The notes beneath the pieces were generated by a model. The model was not told the origin of the DNA. It ran no database searches and was given only the letters and a program-made list of their open reading frames with translations. From an uncultured Actinomycetes bacterium (GTDB taxonomy: Bacteria > Actinomycetota > Thermoleophilia > UBA2241), in contig CAVVVA010000003.1 in assembly GCA_963751565.1 (NCBI GenBank), positions 7,836-71,835 of the forward strand: DNA of 64,000 bases, written 5' to 3'. Below, in pieces: positions 1-13,293 of the stretch. Position 1 is the stretch's first letter. The number at the start of each line of letters is the position of its first letter. Made by a program: the position numbers and the translations under genes.

Positions 1-108
1 CTCGAAGCCGGCGACGCTGCGGCCACCGCGGCCGGCGGCCCGTTCGCCTCGGGCGGCTCGGTCGCCGCGGGCGGGACCGGCGGCGCGAACGGACGGAGCG
101 CCCTGTGA
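1..108 (+). CDS. 3' end of an upstream CDS (possibly dihydropteroate synthase, from context only)
   Basis: Open frame from base 1 to TGA 106-108, overlapping the folB GTG (GTGA). Ala/Gly-rich tail with no diagnostic motif. Confidence 0.4.
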   Translation, partial: LEAGDAAATAAGGPFASGGSVAAGGTGGANGRSAL

Positions 109-479
109 GCGCGCCGCGACGGTCCCTCGAGATCTCGCTCACGGCCCTCGAGGCGCCCTGTCGCTGCGGGGTGACCGACGAGGAGCGGCGTGAGGCGCAG
201 ACGCTGCTCGTAGACGTGCGCCTCACGCCGCTGCTCGTGACGGACTACGCCGACGACGATCTCGCGGGCACCGTCGACTACGGCCGCGTGGCGGCCGTCG
301 CTGTGGCGACGGCCGCCGAACGGCCCTACCGTCTCCTGGAGCGCCTCGCGACCGAGATCGCCGACCGGCTCTGGGCCGCGCACCCGCTGGCCGAGCTGCA
401 CGTCGCGGTGCGCAAACAGTCTCCGCCGGTCGGTTCGCCGGCGGCGACCGCCGGCGCCGAAGCGATCTACCGCCGATGA
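105..479 (+). CDS. folB: Dihydroneopterin aldolase
   Basis: GVTDEER..Q, DDLAGTVDY, LLERLA, VRKxSPP motifs; next to folK. Confidence 0.9.
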   Translation: MSAPRRSLEISLTALEAPCRCGVTDEERREAQTLLVDVRLTPLLVTDYADDDLAGTVDYGRVAAVAVATAAERPYRLLERLATEIADRLWAAHPLAELHVAVRKQSPPVGSPAATAGAEAIYRR

Positions 480-516
480 GCGCCGCGACGCGCCGTGGCG
501 CGCTGACCGGCCGGCG

Positions 517-1110
517 ATGACCGGGTCCGGCGATGGCGGTGCGGCTCCGGCGAAGCGGCGGGCGTTTCTATCGCTCGGCTCGAACCTCGGCGAGCGCGCG
601 GCGGCGCTGCGCGCCGCCCGCTCCGCGCTCGCCGGCCTGCCGGGCACGACGGTGCTCGCCGCGTCGCACGTCTACGAGACCGAGCCCCAGGACCTGGCCG
701 ACCAGCCGCCGTTTCTCAACCAGGTGGTCTGCCTCGAGACCGCCCTCTCGCCGCGCGAGCTGCTCGCCGCCGCGGGGCGCGTCGAAGACGCCGCCGGCCG
801 CGTCCGCGAAGCGCGGTTTGGTCCGCGCACCCTCGATGTCGATATACTCCTCTTCGAAGGTGTGGATAGCGCGGGGCCCGAGCTCACGCTGCCGCACCCG
901 CGGCTGTGGCAGCGAGCCTTCGTGCTCGTGCCGCTCGCCGAGCTCTGGTCGCTGGCGCGCGGCATGCCGCAGGTCGACGTAGTCCGGCTTGCCGCCGAGC
1001 GCGCCGAGAGCCAGGCCGTCACGATGCACGTCGCGGAGGACCGACCGACGACCACCGACCTCACCCCGGATTCGAGCACAGCGCGGCCGGGCCGGCCGGC
1101 CGCCACGTGA
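517..1110 (+). CDS. folK: 2-amino-4-hydroxy-6-hydroxymethyldihydropteridine diphosphokinase
   Basis: LSLGSNLG, YETEP, FLNQV, FGPRTLDVDIL, LPHPRL..RAFVLVPL motifs. Confidence 0.95.
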   Translation: MTGSGDGGAAPAKRRAFLSLGSNLGERAAALRAARSALAGLPGTTVLAASHVYETEPQDLADQPPFLNQVVCLETALSPRELLAAAGRVEDAAGRVREARFGPRTLDVDILLFEGVDSAGPELTLPHPRLWQRAFVLVPLAELWSLARGMPQVDVVRLAAERAESQAVTMHVAEDRPTTTDLTPDSSTARPGRPAAT

Positions 1111-2741
1111 CCGCCGTGCCGCGCCCCTACATCGCGAGCCTGCCGCCGCGCCCCCTGCTGCGTCGCCAGTTCGACGTCCTGGTGCTCGGCGGCGGCATAG
1201 CCGGCCTGACGGCCGCGATCGCCGCCGCCCGCCGCTGGCGCGTCGGCCTGCTGACCAAGGCGAGCCTGAGCGACACCACCACCTTTCTCGCCCAGGGCGG
1301 CATCGCTGCGGCCCTGGGCGAGTCCGACTCGCCCGAGCTGCACTTCCAGGACACGGTCGACGCCGGCGCGGGGCTGTGCGACCCCGAGGCCGTCCGGGTG
1401 CTCGTCAACGAGGGCCCCGACCGGGTCCGCGAGCTGATCGAGATCTGTCCCCGGTTCGACCGAAAGGACGGCGAGATCGTGCTCGGCCGGGAGGGTGCGC
1501 ACTCGGTCCGCCGCGTGCTCCACGCCGGCGGCGACGCGACCGGTCGCGAGGTCTCGAGTGCCCTGTCCGAAGCGGCTCGCGTCGGCAGCCGCGTGCAGCT
1601 CTACGAGGACGAGTTCGTCATCGACCTTCTCACCATCGACGGCCGCTGCATCGGCGCCCTGTCGCTCAACCTGGCCGACGGTGAGTACACGCTCAACCTG
1701 GCGATGGTGACCATCCTCGCCACCGGCGGAGCGGGGCAGGTCTACGCGCGCACCACCAATCCCGAGGTAGCCACCGGCGACGGGGTGGCCATGGCCTATC
1801 GCGCCGGCGCCTCGATCCGCGACCTCGAGTTCGTCCAGTTCCACCCGACCGGCCTGGCCGCGGGCGGCTCGCCGACGCCGCTGATCACCGAGGCGCTGCG
1901 CGGCGAGGGCGCGCTGCTGCGCAACGCCGCGGGCGAGCGCTTCATGACGACGTTCGACCCCAAGGCCGAGCTCGCGGCGCGCGACGTCGTGGTGCGCGGC
2001 ATGCTGGCCCAGATGCGCAGCGAGGGCTCGTCGCACGTCTACCTCGACGCGACCGGGCTCGACGCCGACATGCTGCGCCGGCGCTTTCCCAGGGTGACCG
2101 AGCTGCTGTCCGAACACGACCTCGACCTGAGCCGCGACCTGATCCCCGTCGCGCCCGTCGCGCACTACTTCGTCGGCGGCGTGGTGACCGACGTATGGGG
2201 GCGCACCACGGTGCCGGGCCTGTATGCGGCCGGCGAGGTCGCCAGCACGGGCGTGCACGGCGCCAACCGGCTCGCCTCGAACTCGCTGCTCGAGGGCCTC
2301 GTCTTCGGTGATCGTGTGGTGCGCCACCTCGACCGCTACATCGGCGGGCTCGGCGAAGACGTGCGCCGGCTGCAGTTCGAGCTGCCGTCGCCGTCGGGGC
2401 AGACGGCGCAGCGCAGCGACATCGCCGCGGTGCGCCGGGCAGTGACCGAGCTCATGTCCGAGAAGGTCGGGTGGGTGCGCGCCGAAGACGGCCTGGTCGA
2501 AGCTCTCGCGCAGCTGCGCACCACCAACTCGGCGCTGCGTCTCGGCGAAGCCGGACCGGCCGAGTTCGAGCTGCTGAACATCCTCACCCTGGCGACGCAG
2601 ATCACCAAGTGCGCCCTGCTGCGCGAGGAGACCCGCGGCGTGCACGTGCGCGACGACCATCCCGAGCGCGACGACTACAACTGGCAGCGCCACATCACCC
2701 TGCGGCTGCCCGCGCCGCAGGCGGCCGGAGGGCGGCCGTGA
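1107..2741 (+). CDS. nadB: L-aspartate oxidase
   Basis: GGGIAG FAD motif, AQGGIAA, REGAHS, QFHPT, LITEALRGEG, GVHGANRLASNSLLEG. GTG start overlaps the folK stop. Confidence 0.95.
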   Translation: MTAVPRPYIASLPPRPLLRRQFDVLVLGGGIAGLTAAIAAARRWRVGLLTKASLSDTTTFLAQGGIAAALGESDSPELHFQDTVDAGAGLCDPEAVRVLVNEGPDRVRELIEICPRFDRKDGEIVLGREGAHSVRRVLHAGGDATGREVSSALSEAARVGSRVQLYEDEFVIDLLTIDGRCIGALSLNLADGEYTLNLAMVTILATGGAGQVYARTTNPEVATGDGVAMAYRAGASIRDLEFVQFHPTGLAAGGSPTPLITEALRGEGALLRNAAGERFMTTFDPKAELAARDVVVRGMLAQMRSEGSSHVYLDATGLDADMLRRRFPRVTELLSEHDLDLSRDLIPVAPVAHYFVGGVVTDVWGRTTVPGLYAAGEVASTGVHGANRLASNSLLEGLVFGDRVVRHLDRYIGGLGEDVRRLQFELPSPSGQTAQRSDIAAVRRAVTELMSEKVGWVRAEDGLVEALAQLRTTNSALRLGEAGPAEFELLNILTLATQITKCALLREETRGVHVRDDHPERDDYNWQRHITLRLPAPQAAGGRP

Positions 2742-3586
2742 CGGCCGGCCTGAGCGACGGGGCGCTGCGCGCCGCGGCCCGCGCCGCGGCCCGCCGGGCG
2801 CTCGCCGAAGACCTCGCCGGCCTGGGCGATCTGGCGGGGCGCGCCTTCACCGCGCCCGGACGGGCGCGGGTCGAGGCGCGCGCCGGCGGCGTCCTGTCGG
2901 GCGTCGCGCCGTTCCTCGAAGCCGCGCGCCTGGTCGACCCCGATCTGCAGGTCGCCTTTGCGTTCGACGCCGGCGCACGCTTCTCCGCCGGCGCCACGCT
3001 GGCTACGCTGGCCGGCCGGCAGTCCGCCATTCTGGCGCTCGAGCGCACGGGTCTGAACTTTCTGGCCCGTCTGTCGGGCGTCGCGACTCTCACGGCGCGC
3101 TACGTGGCCGAAACGGCCGGCACGGCGGCCGTGATCGCCGGCACCCGCAAGACCACGCCCGGGCTGCGCGCCCTCGAAAAACAGGCCATCGTCGACGGCG
3201 GCGGCAGCCCGCACCGCTTCGGGCTCTTCGACGGCGCCATGGTCAAGGACAACCACGTGGCGGCGGCCGGTGGCCTCACCCAGGCCGTCGCGGCCGTGCG
3301 CGCCGGCCTCTCGCACGCTCATCTCCTCGAGGTCGAGGTCGACACGCAGGCGCAGCTCGACGAGGCGCTCGCCGCGGGCGTGCCGGTGATCCTGCTCGAC
3401 AACATGGACGTCGCCGCCGTGCGCGCCGCGGTGGCTCGCGTGGCCGGCCGCGCCGTGCTCGAGGTGTCGGGCGGCGTCACGCTCGAGCTTGTGCGAGAGT
3501 ACGCCGCGACGGGCGTCGACGTCATCTCGGTGGGCGCCCTGACGACCAGCGCGCCCTGGATCGACCTCAGTCTGGCGGTGGAGTGA
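2738..3586 (+). CDS. nadC: Quinolinate phosphoribosyltransferase
   Basis: TRKTTPGLR, HRFGL.D, KDNH, EVEVD, LLDNM, EVSGGV, DVISVGALT. GTG start overlaps the nadB stop. Confidence 0.95.
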   Translation: MTAGLSDGALRAAARAAARRALAEDLAGLGDLAGRAFTAPGRARVEARAGGVLSGVAPFLEAARLVDPDLQVAFAFDAGARFSAGATLATLAGRQSAILALERTGLNFLARLSGVATLTARYVAETAGTAAVIAGTRKTTPGLRALEKQAIVDGGGSPHRFGLFDGAMVKDNHVAAAGGLTQAVAAVRAGLSHAHLLEVEVDTQAQLDEALAAGVPVILLDNMDVAAVRAAVARVAGRAVLEVSGGVTLELVREYAATGVDVISVGALTTSAPWIDLSLAVE

Positions 3587-3587
3587 G

Positions 3588-4361
3588 ATGCTGCTCGTGA
3601 TCGACGTCGGCAACACGCAGACGGTCATCGGCCTGAGCGACGACGGGACGCTGGTGAGCGACTGGCGCATCGCCACCGTGCGGCATCGCACGAGCGACGA
3701 GATGGCCGGCCTGCTGCAGGGCTTCTTCTCGCTGCTCGGGGAGCGCCTCAGGGACGCGGTCGACGAAGTGGCCATCGCCTCGGTGGTGCCGCGTCTTACG
3801 GCGCAGTGGGTCACGATGAGCGAGCAGCACCTCGGCCTCACGCCGTTCGTGCTGGGCCCCGGCGTCCGCACGGGCATCCGCATCCTGCTCAAGAACCCGG
3901 CCGAGGTCGGCGCCGACCGGGTCGCCAACGCGGTGGCCGGCCTCGAGACCTACGGCGCGCCGGTGATCGTCGTCGACTTCGGCACGTCGACCAACTTCGA
4001 CGTGGTGAACCCGGACGGCGACTACGTCGGCGGCGCGATCGCCCCCGGCGTCGAAGTCTCGATGGAGGCCTTGACGACGCGCGCCGCCCGGCTCATCAAG
4101 GTCGACGTCAGCGAGCCTGGCCACGCCATCGGGCGCGATACGACCGAAGCCATGCAGTCCGGCGCGGTCTACGGCTTCGCCGGCCAGGTCGACGGCATCG
4201 CCGAAGCCATCCGCGCCGAGCTCGGCGTCGCGGCGCGGGTCGTGGCCACCGGCGGCCTCGCCGCGCTGATCGCGCCGCACAGCCACACGATCTCCGCGGT
4301 CGACCCTTCACTCACGCTGCGCGGCATCGAGCTCATCCTGCGCCGCCAGCAGACCCGCTGA
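3588..4361 (+). CDS. coaX: Type III pantothenate kinase
   Basis: IDVGNT, EVGADR, VDFGT, GGAIAPG, ATGG motifs. Confidence 0.95.
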   Translation: MLLVIDVGNTQTVIGLSDDGTLVSDWRIATVRHRTSDEMAGLLQGFFSLLGERLRDAVDEVAIASVVPRLTAQWVTMSEQHLGLTPFVLGPGVRTGIRILLKNPAEVGADRVANAVAGLETYGAPVIVVDFGTSTNFDVVNPDGDYVGGAIAPGVEVSMEALTTRAARLIKVDVSEPGHAIGRDTTEAMQSGAVYGFAGQVDGIAEAIRAELGVAARVVATGGLAALIAPHSHTISAVDPSLTLRGIELILRRQQTR

Positions 4362-4407
4362 CGCCGCCGCCGGCGGCGCGACCCGGGCGGACGGATCCAC
4401 GGACGAC

Positions 4408-5493
4408 CTGCACGACAAGCTGCTGCGGCCCCTGGCGATCGGCGGCCTGCGCCTCGACCGGCGGCTGTTCATGGCGCCCATGGCCGGCATCAGCCGGCCG
4501 GCCTTTCGGCGGTCCGTGCGCCGCTTCGGGGCCGGTCTCGTGTTCACCGAGATGATCTCGGCCCAGGGCATCGTCCACGACAACCGCCACACGCTGGCCT
4601 ATCTCGCCTGCGAGGCCGACGAGCACCCGATCGGGTTTCAGCTCTTCGCCGCCGAGCCGGCGGCGCTGGCTCGCGCGGCGCGCGCCTGCGTGGCCGCGGG
4701 CGCCGACCTCGTCGACCTGAACATGGCCTGTCCGGTGCGCAAGGTGATGAAGACCGGCGCGGGGGCGGCCCTGCTCGCCGCGCCCGACCTGGCGGTGGAG
4801 TGCGTGCGGGCCGTGGTCGAAGAGGTGGGCGACGAGACGCCGGTGACCGTGAAGATCCGCGCCGGGGTGCGCAGCGGCGACGAGGCGGGAAGCCGCCTGG
4901 CGCCCCGCCTCGCCGCCGCCGGCGCCGCCGCGATCTGCATCCATCCGCGCTACGCCAGCCAGCTCTACAGGGGCGCCGCCGACCACGCCCTGACGCTCGC
5001 CCTGGCGCGCGAGCTGCCGGTGCCGGTGATCGCCTCGGGCGACATCGCGAGCGTCGGCGCCGACGGCCGCCCCGACCGCGCCGGGAGCGCGGGCCTGCTC
5101 GACGGCGGCGTCGCCGCCGTCGCGGTGGCCCGCGCCGCACTGGGGCGTCCCTGGGTGTTTCGCGAGCTGCTCGAGGGCGAGGGCGCGCCGCCGCTCGACG
5201 AGCGGCGGCGCGCCCTCGCCCTCTTCGTCGACGACGCCGGGGCCGACCTCGGTCGGCGCGCCGTCGGCTACCTGCGCCGCTTCTGGCCGCGCTTTCGCAG
5301 AAGCGGCGTGCTCGACGCCGGGGAGGTCGCGCGCCTCATGGCGGCCACCGACATGGCGACGATCGCCAGGCCTGGTGCGGGCGGGTGGAGGCTGAGCCGG
5401 CCGCCGGCCGCCGCGAGGTGGCATCCGGAAAGGGAAAGACCTATAATCCCTTCCTTGTTCGGGCCTGCGGGTAAGCGGCCCGTTTCGTCGTAG
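4408..5493 (+). CDS. dusB: tRNA-dihydrouridine synthase (DusB-like); start and end uncertain
   Basis: MAPMAG, TEMIS, DLNMACPV.KV...GAGAALL, VTVKIR. The conserved N-terminus extends upstream of ATG 4471. The C-terminal tail runs through the greA promoter, suggesting a 1-nt error near 5371 (true stop about 5395). Confidence 0.8.
   Translation: MHDKLLRPLAIGGLRLDRRLFMAPMAGISRPAFRRSVRRFGAGLVFTEMISAQGIVHDNRHTLAYLACEADEHPIGFQLFAAEPAALARAARACVAAGADLVDLNMACPVRKVMKTGAGAALLAAPDLAVECVRAVVEEVGDETPVTVKIRAGVRSGDEAGSRLAPRLAAAGAAAICIHPRYASQLYRGAADHALTLALARELPVPVIASGDIASVGADGRPDRAGSAGLLDGGVAAVAVARAALGRPWVFRELLEGEGAPPLDERRRALALFVDDAGADLGRRAVGYLRRFWPRFRRSGVLDAGEVARLMAATDMATIARPGAGGWRLSRPPAAARWHPERERPIIPSLFGPAGKRPVSS
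5418..5447 (+). promoter_or_regulatory. Housekeeping sigma promoter for greA-lysS
   Basis: Perfect TATAAT at 5442-5447 with GTGGCA 18 nt upstream, in a GC-rich background. Confidence 0.65.
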
Positions 5494-5507
5494 GAAAGGA
5501 AGCCGAC

Positions 5508-5987
5508 GTGCCGGAACGAGAGATCATCCTCACCCCTGCGGGGTACCGGCGCCTGAAGGACGAGATCGAGTATCTCTCGACCAAGAAGCGCGAAGAGGTC
5601 GCCGACCGCATCAAGGAATCGCGCTACTTCGGCGACATCACCGAGAACTCCGAATACGACGACGCCAAGAACGAGCAGGCGATGCTCGAGCAGCGCATCT
5701 TCGCCCTCGAAGAGAAGCTGCGCTCGGCGATCGTGATCGACGAGAGCGACGTCAAGACCGACGTCGTCGGCGTCGGCACCAAGGTCACGCTCCAGGACGT
5801 CGCGCGCGGCGACGTGGTGCAGTATTCGATCGTCGGTTCGGCCGAAGCCGACCCGACCGACCACAAGCTCTCCAACGAGTCGCCGGTCGGCCACGCCATC
5901 ATGGGGCACAAGCCGGGCGAGGTCATCAAGGTGGCCGCGCCGCGCGGTGAGACCAAGCTCAAGATCATCGACATCGAGCGGGCGTAG
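5508..5987 (+). CDS. greA: Transcription elongation factor GreA
   Basis: GDITENSEYDDAK, VGSAEADP, SNESPVG motifs. Confidence 0.97.
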   Translation: MPEREIILTPAGYRRLKDEIEYLSTKKREEVADRIKESRYFGDITENSEYDDAKNEQAMLEQRIFALEEKLRSAIVIDESDVKTDVVGVGTKVTLQDVARGDVVQYSIVGSAEADPTDHKLSNESPVGHAIMGHKPGEVIKVAAPRGETKLKIIDIERA

Positions 5988-6002
5988 GGCCGCCGGCCGA
6001 TC

Positions 6003-7490
6003 ATGGCCGACGCCGAGCAGCCCGCCGGCAGCGCCGCTGAGCGACGCCGCAAACTCGCGCGGCTGCGCGAGCGGGGCGACGTCGTGTTTCCCACGCGGTT
6101 CGACGACCGCGACGAGATCGCCACGCTGCACGAGCGTTTCGACGCTCTCGAAGCGGGCGCCGAGGCGCCCGGCACCTGCCGGGTGGCCGGCCGCGTCATG
6201 TCGCGCCGCGAGCACGGCAAGCTCGCCTTCCTGACGATCAAGGACGGCTCCGGCCACCTGCAGCTCTTCGCCACCGTCGACGCGCTCGGCGCCGAGGCCT
6301 ACGAGCGCCTGCTCGACGTCGACGTCGGCGACTTCGTCGGCGCCGAGGGCGCGGTGCTCAAGACCCGCCGCGGCGAGCTCTCGCTGCGGCCGACCGCCTG
6401 GCAGTTCCTCTCCAAGGCGCTGCGTCCCCTGCCCGAAAAGTTCCACGGCCTGACCGACGTCGAGACGCGCTACCGCCGGCGCTACCTCGACACGATCGTC
6501 AACGACGACTCGCGGGCCGTCTTCGTCAAGCGCGCCCGCATCGTGGCCGCCGTCCGGCGCTTCCTCGACGAGCGTGGCTTCATCGAAGTCGAGACGCCCA
6601 TCCTGCAGCCGCTCTACGGCGGCGCCATGGCGCGGCCCTTCGTGACGCACCACAACGAGCTCAAGCGCGACCTGTACCTGCGCATCGCCGTCGAGCTGTA
6701 CCTCAAGCGCTGCATCATCGGCGGCTTCGACCGCGTCTACGAGATCGGCCGCAACTTTCGCAACGAGGGCGTCAGCTTCAAGCACAACCCCGAGTTCACG
6801 ATGCTCGAGACCTACGAAGCCTACGTCGACTACAACCACGTCATGACGATGGTCGAGGCGCTCGTGGGCGCGGCCGCCGAAGCCGTGGGCAGCCTGACGA
6901 CCAGCTTCCGCGGCCACGAGATCGACCTGCGGCCGCCGTGGCCGCGGATCACCATGCGCAAGGCCATCCTCGACGCCACCGGCATCGACATCGCCGCCGA
7001 CGAGGCGCGCGACGTGGCCGGCCTGCACGACGCGATCAAGGCGCGCGGCCTCGACGGCGCCGTGCCGCTCGAGCCCACCTGGGGCATGCAGGTCGACGGG
7101 CTCTTCAGCGAGACCGTCGAGCCGCACCTCATCCAGCCGGTGTTCATCACCGAATACCCGCTCGAGCTCAGCCCGTTCGCCAAGAAGACCCCGCACGACC
7201 CGCGCTTCGTCGAGCGCTTCGAAGGCTTCATCGGCGGCATGGAGAACTCCAACGCCTTCAGCGAGTTGAACGACGCCGACGACCAGCGCGAGCGGTTCAT
7301 GACTCAGCTCGCGGCCTTCGACGCCGGCGACGAAGAAGCCCACCAGCTCGACGAGGACTTCCTCGAAGCCATGGAGCACGGCATGCCGCCGACCGGCGGC
7401 ATGGGCATGGGCATCGACCGGCTGATCATGGTGCTCACCGACTCGGCGTCGATCCGCGACGTGATCCTCTTTCCGGCGCTGCGCGGCTAG
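6003..7490 (+). CDS. lysS: Lysyl-tRNA synthetase, class II
   Basis: KALRPLPEK, EVETPIL, GGA.ARPF, FRNEG...HNPEFTMLE, GMPPTGGMGMGIDRL. Confidence 0.97.
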   Translation: MADAEQPAGSAAERRRKLARLRERGDVVFPTRFDDRDEIATLHERFDALEAGAEAPGTCRVAGRVMSRREHGKLAFLTIKDGSGHLQLFATVDALGAEAYERLLDVDVGDFVGAEGAVLKTRRGELSLRPTAWQFLSKALRPLPEKFHGLTDVETRYRRRYLDTIVNDDSRAVFVKRARIVAAVRRFLDERGFIEVETPILQPLYGGAMARPFVTHHNELKRDLYLRIAVELYLKRCIIGGFDRVYEIGRNFRNEGVSFKHNPEFTMLETYEAYVDYNHVMTMVEALVGAAAEAVGSLTTSFRGHEIDLRPPWPRITMRKAILDATGIDIAADEARDVAGLHDAIKARGLDGAVPLEPTWGMQVDGLFSETVEPHLIQPVFITEYPLELSPFAKKTPHDPRFVERFEGFIGGMENSNAFSELNDADDQRERFMTQLAAFDAGDEEAHQLDEDFLEAMEHGMPPTGGMGMGIDRLIMVLTDSASIRDVILFPALRG

Positions 7491-7621
7491 GCGCGAGGCG
7501 CGCCCGCCGGGCGCCCTTCTCGCACCGCTTGCGATCGTCATCCCGGCTCCGGCGGGCGGCGGGTCGCATGGCCGCGGGAATCGGGTAACATACGAGAGAA
7601 CCAATCGAGGAGGAACCGAGC

Positions 7622-10183
<2,562 letters not shown>

Positions 10184-10207
10184 CCCGAGCCGGCGGCCCG
10201 GCGCCAC

Positions 10208-11609
10208 GTGCCCAAGGACCACATCGTCTTCACCTGCGGCCAGTGCGGCCGGCAAGAGGCGCGCTGGCTCGGACGGTGCCCCGACTGCGGAGCCTGGAAC
10301 TCCTTCACCGAAGAGCTCGTAAGGCGCGTGGCGGCGAGCGGGGGCGGCGCTGCCGCCCCCGCCCGCCGCCGCCGCGCGGGGCTGCCAGGCGGCTCCGCCG
10401 CCGTGCGCCCTCTCTCCGAATTCTCCTCGTCGGCCGACGACCGCTTTTCCAGCGGCATCCCCGAGCTCGACCGCGTGCTGGGCGGCGGCATCGTGCCCGG
10501 CTCGCTCGTGCTGGTCGGCGGCGAGCCGGGGATCGGCAAGTCCACCCTGCTGCTCCAGGTGCTCGACGCGGTCGGCGGCAACGGCAGCGATCGCCCGGTC
10601 ATGCTCGTCTGCGGCGAGGAGTCTCCGGCTCAGGTCAAGATGCGGGCCGAGCGGATCTGCGCTGCGCCGGGAGCCATCCAGGTGCTGCCCGAGACCGAGC
10701 TCGAGACGATCCTCGAGGCGCTCGGCGGAAAGCCGTCCCGCGCTGGTCGTGGTCGACTCGGTGCAGACGCTCTACAGCGACGAGTTGTCGTCGGCGCCCG
10801 GCAGCGTGAGCCAGGTGCGCGAGGCGACCTCGCGGTTCCTGCGCCTGGCCAAGGAGAGCGGCACCGCCGTCTTTCTGGTTGGGCACGTCACCAAGGACGG
10901 CGCCATCGCCGGACCGCGGGTGCTCGAGCACATGGTCGACACCGTGCTGCAGTTCGAGGGCGACCGCAACCGGTTCTTCCGCCTGCTGCGCGCCGTCAAG
11001 AACCGCTTCGGCTCCACCAACGAGCTCGGGGTCTTCGAGATGAGTGAACGCGGGCTCCAGGCCGTCGCCGATCCTTCGTCGATCTTTCTCGCGCAGCGCG
11101 GCGCTGCCGGCTCGTGCGTGCACGTCGCCGTCGAAGGCACGCGCTGTTTTCTCGTCGAGGTGCAGGCGCTCGTCAACCCTACCGACCTGGCGCTGCCGCG
11201 CCGTCTGGCGACGGGTTTCGACCGCAACCGTCTGGCCATGATCGTGGCCGTCCTGGGCCGCCACTGCCGCCTCTCTTTGGCAAGTGCCGACGTTTTTGTT
11301 AACATAGTCGGCGGGGTGCGCATCGAAGAACCTGCGGCCGATCTGGCCGTAGCCCTCGCGGTGGCCTCCGCCGAACGCGGCATCGCGCTGGCGCGCAACG
11401 CCGCCGTGTTCGGCGAGATCGGCCTCACCGGAGAGTTGCGGTCGTCCGGGCAACCGGAGCGGCGAGTCGCCGAAGCCACCAAGGTGGGCTTCGAGACCGT
11501 GCTCATGCCGCGGGCCGACGCGGAGCGACTGCGCAACGGAGCCCGGGTGGAGGGGTTCTCCTGTCTCAGGGACGCGATCACCAGGGCCCTGTCGTCGCCC
11601 GACACATAA
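10208..11609 (+). CDS. radA: DNA repair protein RadA/Sms, one frameshift near 10724
   Basis: C4 zinc finger and GEPGIGKST in the first frame; VDSVQ, GHVTKDG, KNRFG and Lon-like tail in the second frame. Removing one G restores LAESRPALVVVDS. Confidence 0.92.
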
Positions 11610-11655
11610 GCGGGGACGCCACCGAGGGAAACGAGCGGCCGGGAGGTGGCTGATC

Positions 11656-12204
11656 TTGTACAGAGTCGGCGATAAGGTCGTCTACCCGCATCACGGCGCG
11701 GGCAAGATCATGAAGATCGAAGACATGGAAGTCCGCGGTCAGCTGCGCGAGTACCTCACCATCCAGATCCTGCACAACGACATGACGGTCATGGTCCCGG
11801 TCGACTCGGCCGACCGCGCGGGCCTGCGCAAGGTCGTTGCTGCGGATGTGGTCGATGATGTGCTGGCGGTGCTGCACGGCCAACCCACCAAGATGCCCAA
11901 GAACTGGAGCCGGCGCTACAAGCACAACCGCGACAAGTTGAAGACGGGCGACATCTTCGAGGTCGCCGAGGTGGTTCGCAACCTTGCCATCCGGCACTGC
12001 GACAAGGGCCTCTCGACCGGCGAGAAGCAGATGTTCTCGAAGGCCAAGAAGATCCTCGCGAGCGAGCTCATGTACGCTCGCGACATGAGCGAGGACGCGG
12101 CCAACGCCTTTCTCGACGCCGTGCTCGACGAAGTCGGCGCGGCCGGTCCGGCGGCGCACATCGACGCCCACGATCTCGCTCACGAGGTCGCCCCGGTCGC
12201 CTGA
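11656..12204 (+). CDS. carD: CarD family RNA polymerase-binding regulator
   Basis: VGDKVVYPHHGAG, NWSRRY, GLSTGEK motifs. Confidence 0.95.
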   Translation: MYRVGDKVVYPHHGAGKIMKIEDMEVRGQLREYLTIQILHNDMTVMVPVDSADRAGLRKVVAADVVDDVLAVLHGQPTKMPKNWSRRYKHNRDKLKTGDIFEVAEVVRNLAIRHCDKGLSTGEKQMFSKAKKILASELMYARDMSEDAANAFLDAVLDEVGAAGPAAHIDAHDLAHEVAPVA

Positions 12205-12237
12205 GTCTCGGGCCCGCCGGCGGCGTTCGGGGCAGCG

Positions 12238-13293
12238 GTGTTCGTCGAGATCGTCCGGTTCGTGTTCACGGTGCTCGGCGCTCTCGCCGGCTACCAGACG
12301 ACCGCCTACCTGCAGCGCGACGACCGTCTCGCCTTCTTGCCGCATGGCTCGGGCTTCGTCGCCTACGCCCTGCTGGCGCTGCTGGGCGGCCTGATCGGCT
12401 TCGTCTTAGGGGGGGTGGTCGGCCGTCTCTTCGTGCGGCTCCTGGAGCGCATGGAGCACTTTCTGTCCAAGCGCACCGCCGCCGAGGTCATGGTGGGCAC
12501 GATCGGCCTCGTCGTCGGTCTGGGGATCGCGGCTCTCTCGAGTCTCGCGGTCGTGCGTCTGCCCCATGGGGAGTACCTGCTCGTACCGCTGTTCGTCATT
12601 CTCGGCTACGCCTTTGCCTACCTGGCCGCGCGCAAGGACATCGAGCTCCTGAGGCTGGTCGGCCTCGATCCGGCGCGGCGCGACGAATCGGCCGGCGCCC
12701 GCCCGCGTCACGTCGTCGACACCAGCGTGATCATCGACGGACGCATCATCGGCATAGTCGAGAGCGGCTTTCTCGGCGGCGATCTCGTCGTGCCGGGCTT
12801 CGTCCTGGCCGAGCTGCAGCGGGTCGCCGACTCGGCCGACCCCGAGAAACGCATCCGCGGCCGGCGCGGCCTGGACATGGTGCGCAAGCTGATGGCGGTG
12901 AGCGACGACGTCGAGATCGCCGACGACGACTACGACGACCTCCACGATGTCGACAGCAAGCTCGTGCGGCTTGGCCAGGAACGCGCCGCCAGCATCCTGA
13001 CGACCGACTTCAACCTCGCCAAGGTGGCCGAGATCAAGGGCGTGCCGGTGCTGAACATCAACGTGCTCGCCGGCGCCGTGAAGACCGCCGTGCTGCCCGG
13101 TGAGGAGATCGAGGTGAAGGTGCTGCGCGAAGGGCGTGAACCCGGCCAGGGTGTAGGCTATTTAGACGACGGCACGATGATCGTCGTCGAAGACGGACGG
13201 CCGATGGTGGGCGTCGTCGTCACGGCCCAGGTGACGAGCGTCCTGCAGAACCCGGCGGGCAAGATGATCTTCGCGAAGGTGGTGAGGGCGTGA
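12238..13293 (+). CDS. Membrane PIN/TRAM domain protein (YacL-like)
   Basis: Four TM segments, DTSVIIDGRI PIN motif, GVGYLDDGTMIVVE TRAM motif; usual carD-yacL-ispD context. Confidence 0.92.
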   Translation: MFVEIVRFVFTVLGALAGYQTTAYLQRDDRLAFLPHGSGFVAYALLALLGGLIGFVLGGVVGRLFVRLLERMEHFLSKRTAAEVMVGTIGLVVGLGIAALSSLAVVRLPHGEYLLVPLFVILGYAFAYLAARKDIELLRLVGLDPARRDESAGARPRHVVDTSVIIDGRIIGIVESGFLGGDLVVPGFVLAELQRVADSADPEKRIRGRRGLDMVRKLMAVSDDVEIADDDYDDLHDVDSKLVRLGQERAASILTTDFNLAKVAEIKGVPVLNINVLAGAVKTAVLPGEEIEVKVLREGREPGQGVGYLDDGTMIVVEDGRPMVGVVVTAQVTSVLQNPAGKMIFAKVVRA